Below, piece by piece: positions 40,576 to 51,337 of a stretch of DNA of 64,000 nt (position 1 is its first letter; each line of letters opens with the position of its first letter). The notes below the pieces were generated by a model that did no database searches, had not been told where the DNA came from, and saw only the letters and a list, made by a program, of their open reading frames with translations. The DNA is from an uncultured Planctomycetota bacterium (GTDB lineage Bacteria > Planctomycetota > Planctomycetia > Isosphaerales > Isosphaeraceae): positions 1,056,001-1,120,000 of the forward strand of contig CAVTTN010000002.1 of the NCBI GenBank assembly GCA_963737655.1, written 5' to 3'. Made by a program: the position numbers and the translations under genes.

Positions 40576-41510
40576 TCAAGCCCCGGGGCGGGCCGTCAGG
40601 CCCGATGGCTCGCCCGACCTCCCCGGCCTCGTCGCCTTGCCCAGCCAGAGCCTCGCCGAGATCGCCCACGACGCCGCCATGTAGAAGGCCGGGTAGATCG
40701 TCGAGACCAGGACGAGGTTTCTCGCCAGGCCCTCGGGCACGCGATGGCCGGGGGAACCGTCGGAGGGCAGGAGCGCCAGGACCGCGACCAGGAGGGCCGC
40801 CCAGGCCGCCCCTCCGACGTTGCTGACCTTGTTCAGCAGACCCGGGCGCGACGACGGATAGAGATAGCGGCTCGGGACGAACGTGAGGACCGACAGCACG
40901 AGGACGACCGCCAGGGAGGCCCAGGGCGGCAGGTCCAGGACGTAAAGGTAGAACGCCACGATGTTCCAGAGCGACGGGAAGCCGAGGAAATAGCCGTCGT
41001 CGGTCTTGATCGACGTCTGGCAGAACCCGTAGGCGCTGGCCATCAGGGGGACGATCAGCCACGCCTCCTGCCCGGCGGGCAGGATCGCGGCCTTCCAGAT
41101 CAGCAGCAGGGGCAGGCAGGTGTAGGTCAGCCAGTCCACCAGGTCGTCGAGCCTCCGGCCGTCGAAGCCGGGGAGGACTTCCTTGATCCGGACCCGGCGG
41201 GCGAGGGTGCCGTCGGTGGCGTCGATGACCGTGGCGACGATCATCAGGGCGAACGACCCTCGGAACGCCCAGGGGCCGCCTTCGATCAGGAGCCAGGCCA
41301 TCCCGGAGGCGGCCACGAGGCCCAGGGCCGTATAGAAATGGACGAGCCAGGCCAGGACGCGGACGGTCGAGCCCCGGGCGCCCTCGGGGCGTTGCGGACC
41401 CTCTTGTCCTTGGTCCGGAGGATCACCCAGCGGGCCACGCGGTTGCGGGCGAGCTTGTCGCCGACGGTCCGCCATCGGGCGTTGCGGTCGCGGGCGCGTT
41501 TCTCGGTCAT
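40576..41510 (-). CDS. pcs: Phosphatidylcholine synthase-like CDP-alcohol phosphatidyltransferase (probable frameshift near 41380; start uncertain)
   Basis: AWLVHFYTALG, DATDGTLARR...PGFDGRRLDDLVDWLTY, SAYGF, KTDDGYFLGFPSLWN. ATG at 41510 overlaps the permease stop (ATGA). Confidence 0.82.
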
Positions 41511-42991
41511 CGTCGGGGTTCCCGTGGAGGGCGGCCGATCCGTCTTCGGCGGTCGCGGGCGATCAGGAGGCCGAGCACCACCAGGGCCGCCGTGGCCAGG
41601 GGGGCGGCGAAGCGCTGGTGCCAGGCCGGACCGTAGACCTCGGCTCGGGGCCAGCCGGTGTTGATCACGATGGCCACGGCCCACCCGACCGCGACGACGT
41701 TGACCGCCGTGCCGAACCGGCCGAGGCGGAAGAACGAGGGGGACTCCGGCCAGCCCCGGCTCAGGCGGCAGGCCAGCAGGGACGCCGACACCAGAAAATA
41801 CGCCAGGTCAATCCACACGACCGAGACCGTCGCGATCAGGACCACGACCTTCGGGTCCTGGAAATTCATCAGCAAACCCAGGGCCGCCAGGCCCCCGACG
41901 ACGATCGCCGGGGCCACCGGCGAACCCGAGCCGCCGACCCGACCCAGCCGGCCCGAGCCGGGCAGCAGGCCGTCCCTGGCCAGGGCGAAGACCAAGCGAA
42001 CGGCCCCGGCGTGGACCGTCAGGGCGCAGGAGACGATCGCCACCGCCACGACGACCAGGAACGCCGAGCCGAGGCCGGGCCCCAGGGCGGTCCGGACGAT
42101 CAGGGTCAGCCCGCCTCCGGCCAGGTCCGGGTCCGCCGGGTCGTCGGCCGCCATCAGGGCCGAGAGGATCAGCAAGCCGCCGAGCACGGCCGCCGAACCC
42201 AGGGCGAGGACGATCGCTCGGGGCGACTTCTTTCGAGGCGAGACCGTCTCCTCGGCGAGCGAGCCGGCCGTCTCGAATCCGTACAGCACGTACGACGCCG
42301 TCAAGGCCGCCGCGAGATACGCCCCCGGGCCGATCGGCCCGCCGCCCCGGGTGGAGGCCGCGCTCAGGGCCTCCATCGGCCCTCTCCGGGCGTGGGCGAA
42401 CAGGAGGGCCACCAGGGCGACGGCCCCCAGCAGCTCGACCATCACGCCGACATTGTTGATCGTCGCCAGGAGCCGGACCCCCCGTGCGTTCAGGAACGTC
42501 GTGAGGCCGATCAGGACGCAGCCCAGGAGCACCGCGTTCTTCGCCTCGGAGGCCGGGTCGCCGGCCGTCCCCACGACCTGGAATCCCGACCACAGGGCCG
42601 GCAGGACCGCCTGCAAGGCCATCGACACCGCCGCCAGGGAGACGACCGAGCCGGCCATCGAGATCCAGCCGGCCATCCAGCCCACCGACGGCGAGCCGAC
42701 CCGGCGGGCCCACTGATACACGCTCCCGCACAGCGGGTAGCGGGCCGCCAGCTCGGCGAAACCCAGGGCCAGGCTCATCTGCCCGAGCGCCACCACCGGC
42801 CACGTCCAGAACACGCCCGGACCGGCGAAGGCCAGGCCCAGGCCGAGCATCTGGAACAGCCCGGTCAAGATCGAGATGAACGCGAACCCCGCGGCGAACG
42901 ACGAGAACCCGCCGAGCGACCGGCCCAGGCTCTGGGCATAGCCGAACCCGGCAAGGTCGCGCTCATCTCCTGGAGTCTCGGCGGTGGTCAC
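41507..42991 (-). CDS. APC-superfamily permease, amino acid/choline transporter (ACT)-like
   Basis: DLAGFGYAQSLGRSLGGFSSFAAGFAFISILTG, FAELAARYPLCGSVYQW, YGFETAGSLAEET; about 12 TM helices. Confidence 0.88.
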   Translation of the reverse strand: MTTAETPGDERDLAGFGYAQSLGRSLGGFSSFAAGFAFISILTGLFQMLGLGLAFAGPGVFWTWPVVALGQMSLALGFAELAARYPLCGSVYQWARRVGSPSVGWMAGWISMAGSVVSLAAVSMALQAVLPALWSGFQVVGTAGDPASEAKNAVLLGCVLIGLTTFLNARGVRLLATINNVGVMVELLGAVALVALLFAHARRGPMEALSAASTRGGGPIGPGAYLAAALTASYVLYGFETAGSLAEETVSPRKKSPRAIVLALGSAAVLGGLLILSALMAADDPADPDLAGGGLTLIVRTALGPGLGSAFLVVVAVAIVSCALTVHAGAVRLVFALARDGLLPGSGRLGRVGGSGSPVAPAIVVGGLAALGLLMNFQDPKVVVLIATVSVVWIDLAYFLVSASLLACRLSRGWPESPSFFRLGRFGTAVNVVAVGWAVAIVINTGWPRAEVYGPAWHQRFAAPLATAALVVLGLLIARDRRRRIGRPPREPRR

Positions 42992-43026
42992 GGCGCGCGA
43001 TGCCCGAAGGGAAGGTGGTTCCTCAC

Positions 43027-43099
43027 TCCCGTAGGGTGCATGAAATGCACCATCCTGGATTGCATCAAGGGGATGGTGCATTTCATGCACCCTACGGGA
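43027..43099. repeat. GTAG-type REP doublet (GTAGGGTGCATGAAATGCACC), family A
   Basis: 29-nt perfect inverted arms; other copies at 46876, 54865, 54891 and 57836. Confidence 0.9.
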
Positions 43100-43135
43100 T
43101 TCCGTCGCCCTCTCCTCGGGCGAATACGTCCTGTC

Positions 43136-43942
43136 TCAGGCCCGCCTGGTCGCCTGATAGATGCCCCACTTCATGTCGCCGGCCTGGCAGAACCGGACCT
43201 TCATGGCCCAGCGATCGACCAGGTAATTCAGGTCGGCCTCGGAGAACGAGCCGAGGAAGTCCTCGCGATTGGCCTCGAGCCGGGCGGGCTCGGACTCGAG
43301 GATCTCGACGAACCGAGGGGTGGCGTCCTCGACGACCACGTCGACGAACCCGGCGTCTTCCAGGAGCTTGCCGTACTCGCTCGGCTCGACGAGGTGATAG
43401 CCGGTGCTCCGGGCATACGCCTCGAACTCGGCCGAGCCCGGCTTCTTGCCGCGGGCGTAGTCGGTGATCACCAGCTTGCCACCGTCGCTCAGGAGGCTGT
43501 GGAGCTTGGCGAACAGCCTCTTCTTGTCGTGGATGTGCATCAGGGCGTCGCGCGACCAGATCAGGTCGAACGGCTCGTCGAAGTCGGTCTCCAAAACGTC
43601 GGCCAGGAGGAACTCGACGCGATCGGAGACGCCCGACTCGGGCAGGGCGTCCAGGGCCAGGTCGGTCATCTCGGGGGAGAGGTCCACGCCGGTGACCGTC
43701 GCCCCGTACTCCCGGGCGAGATGGAACGCCGCGCCGCCGATCCCGCTGCCGACGTCCAGGACCCTCATCCCCGGCCGGAGCGCCCCGCCCAGGAGCGAGC
43801 AGAGGTACAGGGTCGTCTCGCGCCCTCCGGTGCTGATGTAGCCCTTCCCGAAGATCTTCTCGTACCGAAGGATGCTCGTCCGGCTGTACTGTCCGTTGTT
43901 GTCGTAAGAGCGGGACGCGGAGGATCGCGAGAGGGTGGTCAT
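43136..43942 (-). CDS. Phosphoethanolamine N-methyltransferase-like SAM methyltransferase (single domain, 268 aa)
   Basis: QYSRTSILRYEKIFGKGYISTGG, LDVGSGIGG, FDLIWSRDALMH, LVITDY and W..K......MKWG match the phosphobase methyltransferase pattern. Confidence 0.88.
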   Translation of the reverse strand: MTTLSRSSASRSYDNNGQYSRTSILRYEKIFGKGYISTGGRETTLYLCSLLGGALRPGMRVLDVGSGIGGAAFHLAREYGATVTGVDLSPEMTDLALDALPESGVSDRVEFLLADVLETDFDEPFDLIWSRDALMHIHDKKRLFAKLHSLLSDGGKLVITDYARGKKPGSAEFEAYARSTGYHLVEPSEYGKLLEDAGFVDVVVEDATPRFVEILESEPARLEANREDFLGSFSEADLNYLVDRWAMKVRFCQAGDMKWGIYQATRRA

Positions 43943-44103
43943 GTCGATGTCGAACCCTTGGAGATGAGCGTGATCGAGGAGGACGGGCGGGGCGGGGCAG
44001 CAAAGCAAAGAGGCGGACGGGCCGCTCGGCCCTGGCCGGGAAGCGCGGGCCGGGGGGATCCCGTGGAGATCCCGAGTGGGGCCCGTGAACGTCGGGGATG
44101 ATT

Positions 44104-45027
44104 CTAATCGGATCGACCCGCCCCGTCCAACCCCCAGGCGGTCTTTTCTGGACCCCCGAGCGAGGCCCGGGCCGCCCGGTGCCTCTCCAGGCTCGCCTCG
44201 GCGTACCCGCGATAGTCGAAATCCAGGTCCGAGGCCACCGTCTGGACGATCGACCAGAGCGCCTCCCTCAGCAGCGAAGACGCCTTGAAGATCCGCAATT
44301 CGACCAGGTCGGCCGGGTCGAAATGGCCCCGATAGGCCGTCAGGAGGAGCCGGTCGAGGTCCTCCCCGTATTCGCAGTTCGCCGAGATCCCCGCCAGGTC
44401 GAAGAACGGGTGGCCGATCCCTCCGTATTCCCAATCGACGATCCAGACGCGCCGGCCGTCGTCCAGGACGTTGGCCGGCAGCATGTCGTTGTGACACAAC
44501 GTCGGGACGAACGGACGGACCCGCCGGGAGAGCCGGCGGTCGTCTTCCAAAAGGGCGTCGATCCCCTCCGGCAGCCTCGCCCCGAGCCTCCGGGACGTCT
44601 CGGCATACGTCCGGTTGGCCTGAAACGGGGAGAAATAGAACATCTCGCCCCGGAGCCCGTCCCACCCGTCATGGAGTGCCCGGAGCAATCGGGCCAGCCG
44701 GGGAATGAACTCCGGGTCACGCCCGGATTCGGGCGTCAAGACGCGCGATTCGACGTAACGGGTCACCAGCCAACCCTTTTCGGCGAAAACGATCGGCGGC
44801 GCCACGCCCAGGGCCTCGGCCGCCCGCCCGCAGGCCAGCTCGTTGCGGCGGTCCACCCCGAGCCAGGGCAAATCGGCGCCGATCCGGGCCACAAAAGACC
44901 CGAACTCGTCATCCACCCGGTAGTTGCGGTTGGTGATCCCGCCCGGTAAGGGCCGGATCGTGACCGACCCTCGCCAGATCCCCAGCGACCCGATGCGATC
45001 GACCTCCGAGGCGTCCTCTCCGGCCAT
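44104..45027 (-). CDS. Choline/ethanolamine kinase family protein
   Basis: GGITNRNY, Brenner motif CHNDMLPAN and choline-kinase motif IVDWEYGG...FFDLA. Confidence 0.88.
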   Translation of the reverse strand: MAGEDASEVDRIGSLGIWRGSVTIRPLPGGITNRNYRVDDEFGSFVARIGADLPWLGVDRRNELACGRAAEALGVAPPIVFAEKGWLVTRYVESRVLTPESGRDPEFIPRLARLLRALHDGWDGLRGEMFYFSPFQANRTYAETSRRLGARLPEGIDALLEDDRRLSRRVRPFVPTLCHNDMLPANVLDDGRRVWIVDWEYGGIGHPFFDLAGISANCEYGEDLDRLLLTAYRGHFDPADLVELRIFKASSLLREALWSIVQTVASDLDFDYRGYAEASLERHRAARASLGGPEKTAWGLDGAGRSD

Positions 45028-45319
45028 CACGCCCTCCCGAAAGGGCCGATTCTCGCCTCAAGGACCGTCACCGGCAAGCCTTCGTCCGTAATCTTCGAAG
45101 GGGGATCGCACGCCCCGATCGGCTCGGACCCGCCTCCCCGGCCCGAAACCCCTGGCATAAAATGACCTTGCGCCCCAAACAATGCTGGAATCGCCGGAAA
45201 TATTGCGTGCAAGCATTGATGCACGCTTGACATCACGCAGTCACTCCCCCTATGCTTGGAATGACATCGGACAGGCCCGCGAGGGCCGATCGATTCGAAC
45301 CGGATCTCTGCTCACAGTC

Positions 45320-46390
45320 ATGGCCACGGCGATCCCCACCTTCGAGCCTCACCCCTGGTTGCGAGGCGGCCATCGGCAGACGATCGTGGGCCGTTACCTG
45401 CTGGGAGGAGAGGCCGCGCCGGCCTCGGAGGATCGGGTCCTGGAGCTTCCCGACGGCGACCGCCTGAGGGTGGCCGACTCGATCCCCTCGGGGTGGCTGG
45501 CGGGCGACCCGGCGGCGGTCGTGATCCACGGCCTGGCCGGGGACGCGACCTCGCCGTATGTGGTCCGTCTGGCGGCGAAGTTAACCAGGCGGGGGGTCCG
45601 GGTCGCCCGGATGAACCTGCGAGGGGCGGGGGCGGGCTTCGGCCTGGCTCGCAAGACGTATCATGGCGGCCTGACCGGGGACGTCCGGGCGGTGGTCGAG
45701 CGGCTCTCGGCCGACAGCCCGGGGTCGCCGATCGGCCTGGTGGGGTTCTCCCTGGGAGGGAATCTCGCGCTGAAGCTCGCGGCCGAGGCGGCGACCGAGC
45801 CGGTCTCGGGGCTGGATTGCGTGGTCTCGGCCAACGCGCCGCTGGACCTGGCGGCATGCTGCCGGAACATCCGCCGGCCGTCTCGACGGATTTACGACCG
45901 GAATTTCGTGGGGTCGCTCCGTACAGAGATCCGGCGCCTCCACGAGAGGTTCCCCGAGCTCGGCCCGGTGGACCTCGGGGCGATCCGCTCGGTCTTCGAC
46001 TTCGATGAGCTGTACACGGCTCCCCGGCACGGGTTTGCCTCGGCCGAGGAGTATTATGCCCGGTCCAGCGCCGGGCCGGTCTTGCCTCAAATCCGGGTGC
46101 CCGGGCTGGTTGTGCATTCTCGGGACGACCCGTTCATCCCGTCGGACACGTACGACGGACTCCTTTTTTCGGACGCGTTGGCACTGGAATTGATCCCTAC
46201 GGGAGGACATCTCGGCTACATCAGCCGTGCCCGTTGGGAGGGGGATCGCCGCTGGCTGGAGACGAGGCTGGCCGTTTGGCTGGCCGACCGATGGGCGGCG
46301 AGACTTCACGACCGGCCCGATCGCCCCGAGCGGTCGGCCCTTGGACCCCGACACGGAGGGCCGAACGCCCATGCCCAGCAATCGATATAA
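45320..46390 (+). CDS. YheT-family alpha/beta hydrolase
   Basis: GGHRQTI, HGLAG, GFSLGGN, DDPFI, GGHLGY. Confidence 0.9.
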   Translation: MATAIPTFEPHPWLRGGHRQTIVGRYLLGGEAAPASEDRVLELPDGDRLRVADSIPSGWLAGDPAAVVIHGLAGDATSPYVVRLAAKLTRRGVRVARMNLRGAGAGFGLARKTYHGGLTGDVRAVVERLSADSPGSPIGLVGFSLGGNLALKLAAEAATEPVSGLDCVVSANAPLDLAACCRNIRRPSRRIYDRNFVGSLRTEIRRLHERFPELGPVDLGAIRSVFDFDELYTAPRHGFASAEEYYARSSAGPVLPQIRVPGLVVHSRDDPFIPSDTYDGLLFSDALALELIPTGGHLGYISRARWEGDRRWLETRLAVWLADRWAARLHDRPDRPERSALGPRHGGPNAHAQQSI

Positions 46391-46718
46391 CAAGTACCGA
46401 GCGGCCGTGGAAGTCCTCCAGAAGGGGCGGGACGCGGTCGTCGATGCCATCGCCGACGACGTCCTGGATCAGGGGGACGACCTGATCGACGGCGGCTACA
46501 TGTTCCACGAGTTCCTGGAGACCCAGGGGACCCGGCTCCACTTCCTCACCCTGCTGATCTCGCAGCTCGAGCAGTCGGCCGAGACCGTGGAGGAGGTCGA
46601 GGCCCCCAGCTTGCTGCCGCCCCTGCCGCCCGAGCCCGCCAAGAAGCCGAGGAAGCCCCGGGCCAGCAAGCCCAAGAAGCTCCAGACCTCCGCCGAAGGC
46701 AAGACCGAAGACGCCTGA
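46371..46718 (+). CDS. Hypothetical protein
   Basis: RBS GGAGG, host-like codon usage, MPSNRYNKYRAAVEVLQKGRD. Confidence 0.7.
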   Translation: MPSNRYNKYRAAVEVLQKGRDAVVDAIADDVLDQGDDLIDGGYMFHEFLETQGTRLHFLTLLISQLEQSAETVEEVEAPSLLPPLPPEPAKKPRKPRASKPKKLQTSAEGKTEDA

Positions 46719-46937
46719 TCCGCGATCGCGATCGCGAGATCAACCTGGACCAACCGGGCCGAAGCGCTTCGGCCCGCTTTCCGATAGGCGATGGCCGGCG
46801 ACGGGTCGAGGGCGAGAGCCCCGGCCGGTCCCCGGCCATCGGCCATTCCCGGGCCGATCCCCGCGTCCCGACCCCGAAGGGTGCATGAAAGGCACCCTCT
46901 TCGATCCGCGATCGCCCGGAATCCATCCTCCCGAGGG

Positions 46938-47838
46938 TCACCCCCTCGCCTGCCGGCTCAGGAGGTAGCTCATCAGCGCCTTGTCGAACGGCATCCCGGT
47001 GTGGATCGGGACGTAGTCGATCCTCGCGCCGAGGCATTCCTTGCGATAGTCCTCGCGGAACTTGGCCACCTCGTCGAGGTAGTCGGCCTTGATCCCCTCG
47101 GCATCGACCATCAGCTTCTCATGGGTCTCGTTGTCCTCCAGCTCCAGCATCCCCTCGAACGGGAAGAGGGCCTCGGCCTCGTCCAGGATGTGGAAGACGA
47201 TGATGTCGTGGCCCGAGTGGCGGAGGCGATGGAACGCCTTGAGGATCGGCTCGGTGTCCCCCAGCAAGTCGCTGAAGAGCATGACGAGGCTCCGGTGCCG
47301 GATCATCCCGGCGACCTGATGGAGGCTCTTCGCCACGTTCGTCTCGCCCGACGGCGAGAGCTTCGCCAGCAGCGACAGGATGTTCCCGAGCTGGGACCTC
47401 TTGCTCCGGGGCGGCAGGCTCTGCCGGACCTGCTGATCGAAGGCGACCAGGCCCACCGGGTCCTGCTGATGGATCATCAAATAGCCCAGGGCCGCCGCCA
47501 GGCTCACCCCGTACTCGAACTTCGTGAGCCTCCTGGCGATAGGTGTAGCCCATGCTCCCGGAGAGGTCCATCACGAGGTAGCCCGTGAGGTTCGTCTCGG
47601 CCTGGAATTTCTTGATGTAGAACCGATCGGTCTTGGCGAACACGTTCCAGTCGATGTCGGCGATGTTGTCCCCGGGCGTGTACTTGCGGTGCTCGGAGAA
47701 CTCGACGGAGAACCCGTGGAACGGGCTGGCATGCAGCCCCGAGATGAACCCCTCGACGATGAATTTCGCCCGGAGGTCCAGCCGCGACACCTGGCGGATG
47801 ACCTCGGGCTTCAGGTACTTCTCGGCGGGTCCGGCCAA
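46938..47838 (-). CDS. DUF58 (vWA-like) protein (frameshift near 47530)
   Basis: GLHASPFHGFSVEFSEHRKY.PGD, IDWNV, MDLSGSM, then LFSDL in the second frame. Confidence 0.92.
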
Positions 47839-47861
47839 GGGGCATTCCTTCCGGGGAAGGG

Positions 47862-48438
47862 CTAGAAGACCTCGGCCAGGGGGATGGCCAGGCCGGGCAA
47901 AAGGGGCGACTCATACACCTCGTCGACCGTCAGGACGCGCTCATCATACCCCTCGGGGCGATGCGTGAGCACGGTCACGATCTTGCGGAACCGATCGACG
48001 ATCACGTATTCGCGAATTCCCAACGCATGATACTCGGCGCAGCTTCTCGATGTAATCCCGGTCGCGCGACTCTCGCCCCGGGCTGACGATCTCGAACATG
48101 AGTTCGGGCGGGTTCTTCGGGACGTCGAACTCCGAGGCGCAAAGATAGACGCCGAGATCGCCCACGCGGTCGCCATCCTCGGGCCGGACCCACGCCTGCC
48201 CGACGACCTCCTCGATGATCCCGGGATGGGCGAACTTGAAGAGGATCAGCCGATCGCGCCACGGGTTCGAAGCCCGGATATGTCCGCCACCTTCCGGCGC
48301 CATGGCCAGGAGCCTCCCCTTCACTCGCTCATAGGTCCACGGCTCGGCGAAGTCGGCGTCGGCGAACTCTTCGGAGGAGACGAGCCGGCCGTGGTCCTCG
48401 GGGCCGAGCTTCAGGAGGCGTGGTGCGTCGGTCGCCAT
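47862..48438 (-). CDS. Uma2 family protein, copy C (extra base at ~48041)
   Basis: MATDAPRLLKLGPEDHG..., FEIVSPG; AEYHALGIREY resumes in the next frame. Confidence 0.8.
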
Positions 48439-48453
48439 CGTTCGGGCTCCTCG

Positions 48454-49041
48454 TCAGGCGAACGCCCCGGCCCAGTCGATCGCCAGGCCCGGCAGGAGCG
48501 GCGAGGTGTAGGCTTCGCCCTCGGGGAGCTCCCGCTCGTCATACCCTTCGGGGCGGTGGGTGAGCACCGTGACCTTCCGCTGATGGGGATCGACGATCAC
48601 ATACTCGCGAATTCCCAACGCATGGTACTCGGCGCGCTTCTCGATGTAATCCCGGTCGCGCGACTCCCGCCCCGGGCTGACGATCTCGAACATGAGGTCG
48701 GGGACCCGGTCGGGGATTTTTGGGACGGGGCGGGTCGTGCTCAGGTAGACGCCGATGTCGCCGATCCGGTCCGTTCCTCCCTGGATCCTCACCCAGGACG
48801 AGGGCACGACCCAATCGATCGAGTCCGGATGGGCGTGCCAGTAGACAGCCAGATTGAGCCACCAGGGGCTGGTTCCGGCGATGTGAAGCTCCCCATCCGG
48901 CGGCATGACGACCAGCCTCCCTCGGACGCGTTCATACTTCCACGGCTCGGCGAAGTCGGCCTCGGCGAACTCTTCGGAGGAGACGAGCCGGCCGTGGTCC
49001 TCGGGGCCGAGCTTCAGGAGGCGTGGTGCGTCGGTCGCCAT
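48454..49041 (-). CDS. Uma2 family protein, copy B
   Basis: YERVRG, DRIGDIGVY, PDLMFEIVSPG, DYIEKRAEY, SPLLPGL. Confidence 0.92.
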   Translation of the reverse strand: MATDAPRLLKLGPEDHGRLVSSEEFAEADFAEPWKYERVRGRLVVMPPDGELHIAGTSPWWLNLAVYWHAHPDSIDWVVPSSWVRIQGGTDRIGDIGVYLSTTRPVPKIPDRVPDLMFEIVSPGRESRDRDYIEKRAEYHALGIREYVIVDPHQRKVTVLTHRPEGYDERELPEGEAYTSPLLPGLAIDWAGAFA

Positions 49042-49056
49042 CGTTCGGGCTCCTCG

Positions 49057-49644
49057 TCAGGCGAACGCCCCGGCCAGGTCGATCGCCAGCCCCGGCAGGA
49101 GCGGCGAGGCGTAGGTCTCGCCCTCGTGGAGCTCCCGCTCGTCATACCCTTCGGGGCGGTGGGTGAGCACCGTGACCTTCCTCTGGTGGGGATCGACGAT
49201 CACGTACTCGCGGATGCCCAACGCATGGTACTCGGCGCGCTTCTCGATGTAATCCCGGTCGCGCGACTCCCGCCCCGGGCTGACGATCTCGAACATGAGG
49301 TCGGGAATGCGGTCGGGGATTTTTGGGACGGGGCGGGTCGTGCTCAGGTAGACGCCGATGTCGCCAATCCGGTCGGTCCCGTCCGAAACCCGGACCCATG
49401 ACGCCGGGACCAACCAATCGATCCGATCGGGCCTCTGCTCCCAGTAGGCGAAGAGTTTGCGCCACCAGGGGCTGGTCCCCGAGATGTGAAGCTCCCCATC
49501 CGGCGGCATGACGACCAGCCTCCCTCGGACGCGTTCATACTTCCACGGCTCGGCGAAGTCGGCGTCGGCGAAATCGTCGGAGGAGACGAGCCGGCCGTGG
49601 TCCTCGGGGCCGAGCTTCAGGAGGCGTGGTGCGTCGGTCGCCAT
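49057..49644 (-). CDS. Uma2 family protein, copy A
   Basis: Same motifs as copy B; 603-nt period. Confidence 0.92.
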   Translation of the reverse strand: MATDAPRLLKLGPEDHGRLVSSDDFADADFAEPWKYERVRGRLVVMPPDGELHISGTSPWWRKLFAYWEQRPDRIDWLVPASWVRVSDGTDRIGDIGVYLSTTRPVPKIPDRIPDLMFEIVSPGRESRDRDYIEKRAEYHALGIREYVIVDPHQRKVTVLTHRPEGYDERELHEGETYASPLLPGLAIDLAGAFA

Positions 49645-49675
49645 CGTTCGGGCTCCTGTCGGGGCCGATCGTCCG

Positions 49676-50698
<1,023 letters not shown>

Positions 50699-50920
50699 AA
50701 ATCGGGCGTCCCTCTCCTCTCCTCGGGCGCGAGGTCCCGGGAGTCGTCGTCCCCGATCGGCGTCCGCCTCGAACGGGGCACAGGGCTCGTTCTGTCGCCG
50801 GCCTGGCCACGAGGCCGCGCCGGGTTCGGCCGCTAGGAACGCCATTGTAGAGGGCCCGGAAGTCGCGATTCAAGGCGGACGAATCCCGGGGACCTCGACC
50901 GCGTGCCCGCCTCGGGGCAG

Positions 50921-51109
50921 GCCATGCCGCGCCTCTCGGCAGGCCAACCACCCAGCCATGCAGGGTTGGCATTGTGCCCTCAGGCATTCTCGGTTAGGAT
51001 CAGGCGTGTCATACGGCCTTTGAGGACAGGGCTTTGGGGGCCGCCCCCACATCCCGGGCCCCGGCCGGTAGCCCCGATCGGGCCGGGGCCGCCCTCGGTC
51101 CGGCATGAC
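50921..51109 (-). ncRNA. Candidate structured RNA (~189 nt, 6S-like size and closing stem)
   Basis: Ends GUCAUGCCG and CGGCAUGGC pair; inner GGCGGCC/GGCCUGCC and UGUCCUCA/UGAGGGCA helices. G-U wobbles work only on the minus strand. Confidence 0.35.
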
Positions 51110-51337
51110 TCTTGCCTTGATGCTCCCGATCGGACCGAGTCCCGGGCGCCGCCGCCCCCCCCGCCGTCCCCGCCCGCATTTCGGGGTGCTGCACCCCGCC
51201 CCGCCCAATGCCGCACCCGACCCCCTGCATCGAGTCCCGGAGCCCGGCCCCCTGAGGATCTCGCGGTTTCGTCGCGAATCTTAAAGATTTCAGTGACAGG
51301 GGCGGCCCGCCCTGCCTTCCTGGAGAGAGGACCACGC

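Noticed and set aside
48770..49490. DGR-type mutagenesis of the Uma2 variable block
   Set aside because: Differences between copies A and B involve all four bases and many synonymous sites; they are not adenine-specific.
50975..51010. TPP riboswitch (CCUGAUC...AAUGCC similarity on the minus strand)
   Set aside because: Lacks the upstream CUGAGA element, and the downstream gene is unrelated to thiamine.
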